A stretch of 64,000 nt of DNA from a virus (taxonomy: Duplodnaviria; Caudoviricetes): the IMG/VR virus record IMGVR_UViG_3300037418_000840; one strand, written 5' to 3'. The position numbers and the translations under genes are program-made. The notes beneath the pieces were generated by a model. That model saw only the letters and a program-made list of their open reading frames with translations. It was not told where the DNA came from and did no database searches. Of this stretch, positions 63,571 to 64,000 are shown piece after piece. Within the stretch, counting starts at the first letter, position 1. Each line of letters begins with the position of its first letter.

Positions 63571-63938
63571 TAGGAGTTGGGATTCCCCTGCTCCTTGTCT
63601 GCCTCATCAACCGCCTGCACTTGCGCCGGAGTCAACTGTGATGCGGGAAGGTCCACATTGGAAAGACAGTGGCCCTTCCCGAACAGAAAGTCGATAATCG
63701 GCGCAACGACCTGAGCCCATTTCCGTCCCTGAATAAACGCGTCACCAACATGCGCTGAGATGGTTTCGTTTGCGGGACCACCGAACAGCGCGTTCCCACA
63801 TTCGTCCTGAGCTACGGCCATCGCCTTGGCTCGCACTTCGGACCCCACCAGAGCCTGGACCAGCATGGCCAGAAGCAGGGGCACTGAAAAGACGACACAC
63901 AGCAGCCATAGAAGCAACAGCTTGAATCTCTTTTTCAT
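63567..63938 (-). CDS. hypothetical membrane protein
   Basis: N-terminal TM; QDECGNALFGG..NETISAHVG...HC pattern; convergent 4-nt overlap. Confidence 0.7.
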   Translation of the reverse strand: MKKRFKLLLLWLLCVVFSVPLLLAMLVQALVGSEVRAKAMAVAQDECGNALFGGPANETISAHVGDAFIQGRKWAQVVAPIIDFLFGKGHCLSNVDLPASQLTPAQVQAVDEADKEQGNPNSY

Positions 63939-64000
63939 GATAGTTCCTTGGTCTTAATTACCCTACATAGGGTCCGACACGGATCTGGGACCCCTGCATG

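Noticed and set aside
1-64000. Stop-codon reassignment, introns or inteins, prophage integration features
   Set aside because: Conserved genes (primase, RecA, TerL, TS, exonuclease) are intact under code 11 with all three stops used as terminators; no intein or intron motifs, integrase, or host flanking genes were seen.

Overview
This window is a 64-kb segment of a large lytic dsDNA myophage (jumbo-phage-like gene set). Spanins, a LydA-type holin and a GH19 endolysin point to a Gram-negative host. All family assignments are from motif recognition by eye; no database searches were run. Layout on the + strand: primase, an overlapped spanin pair, a zinc metallopeptidase and small ORFs (1-7.4 kb); a tightly coupled nucleotide/glycan-modification cluster (7.5-17.8 kb); a SWIM protein, sigma70-like factor, SSB with a long charged tail and RecA/UvsX (18.7-23.8 kb); TerL, RuvC, MmcB-like nuclease and probable portal (25-32 kb); a structured non-coding region (32.7-33.0 kb); and a contractile tail/baseplate/fibre operon (33-49.3 kb). 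The - strand block (49.4-62.2 kb) holds a TraR-like factor, a tandem DUF3175-like protein, a second spanin pair, a six-LamG adhesin, a long repeat fibre and the lysis genes. A 5'-3' exonuclease closes the window. Best candidate for an undescribed system: a thymidine hypermodification cluster that couples a dUMP-hydroxymethylase-like TS and a 5-hmdU DNA kinase-like enzyme with two glycosyltransferases, UDP-galactopyranose mutase, an APS-kinase-like protein, a sulfotransferase and a GNAT, suggesting a furanosyl-glycosylated and possibly sulfated base. Other strong signals: a multi-domain structured RNA whose 18-nt segment is perfectly complementary to the leader of a gene 1.35 kb downstream; a -1 slippery site joining the two chaperone ORFs before the tape-measure-like gene; and a 101-nt hairpin that hides the RBS of the TraR-like gene. 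No tRNA, rRNA, CRISPR array or integrase was recognised.
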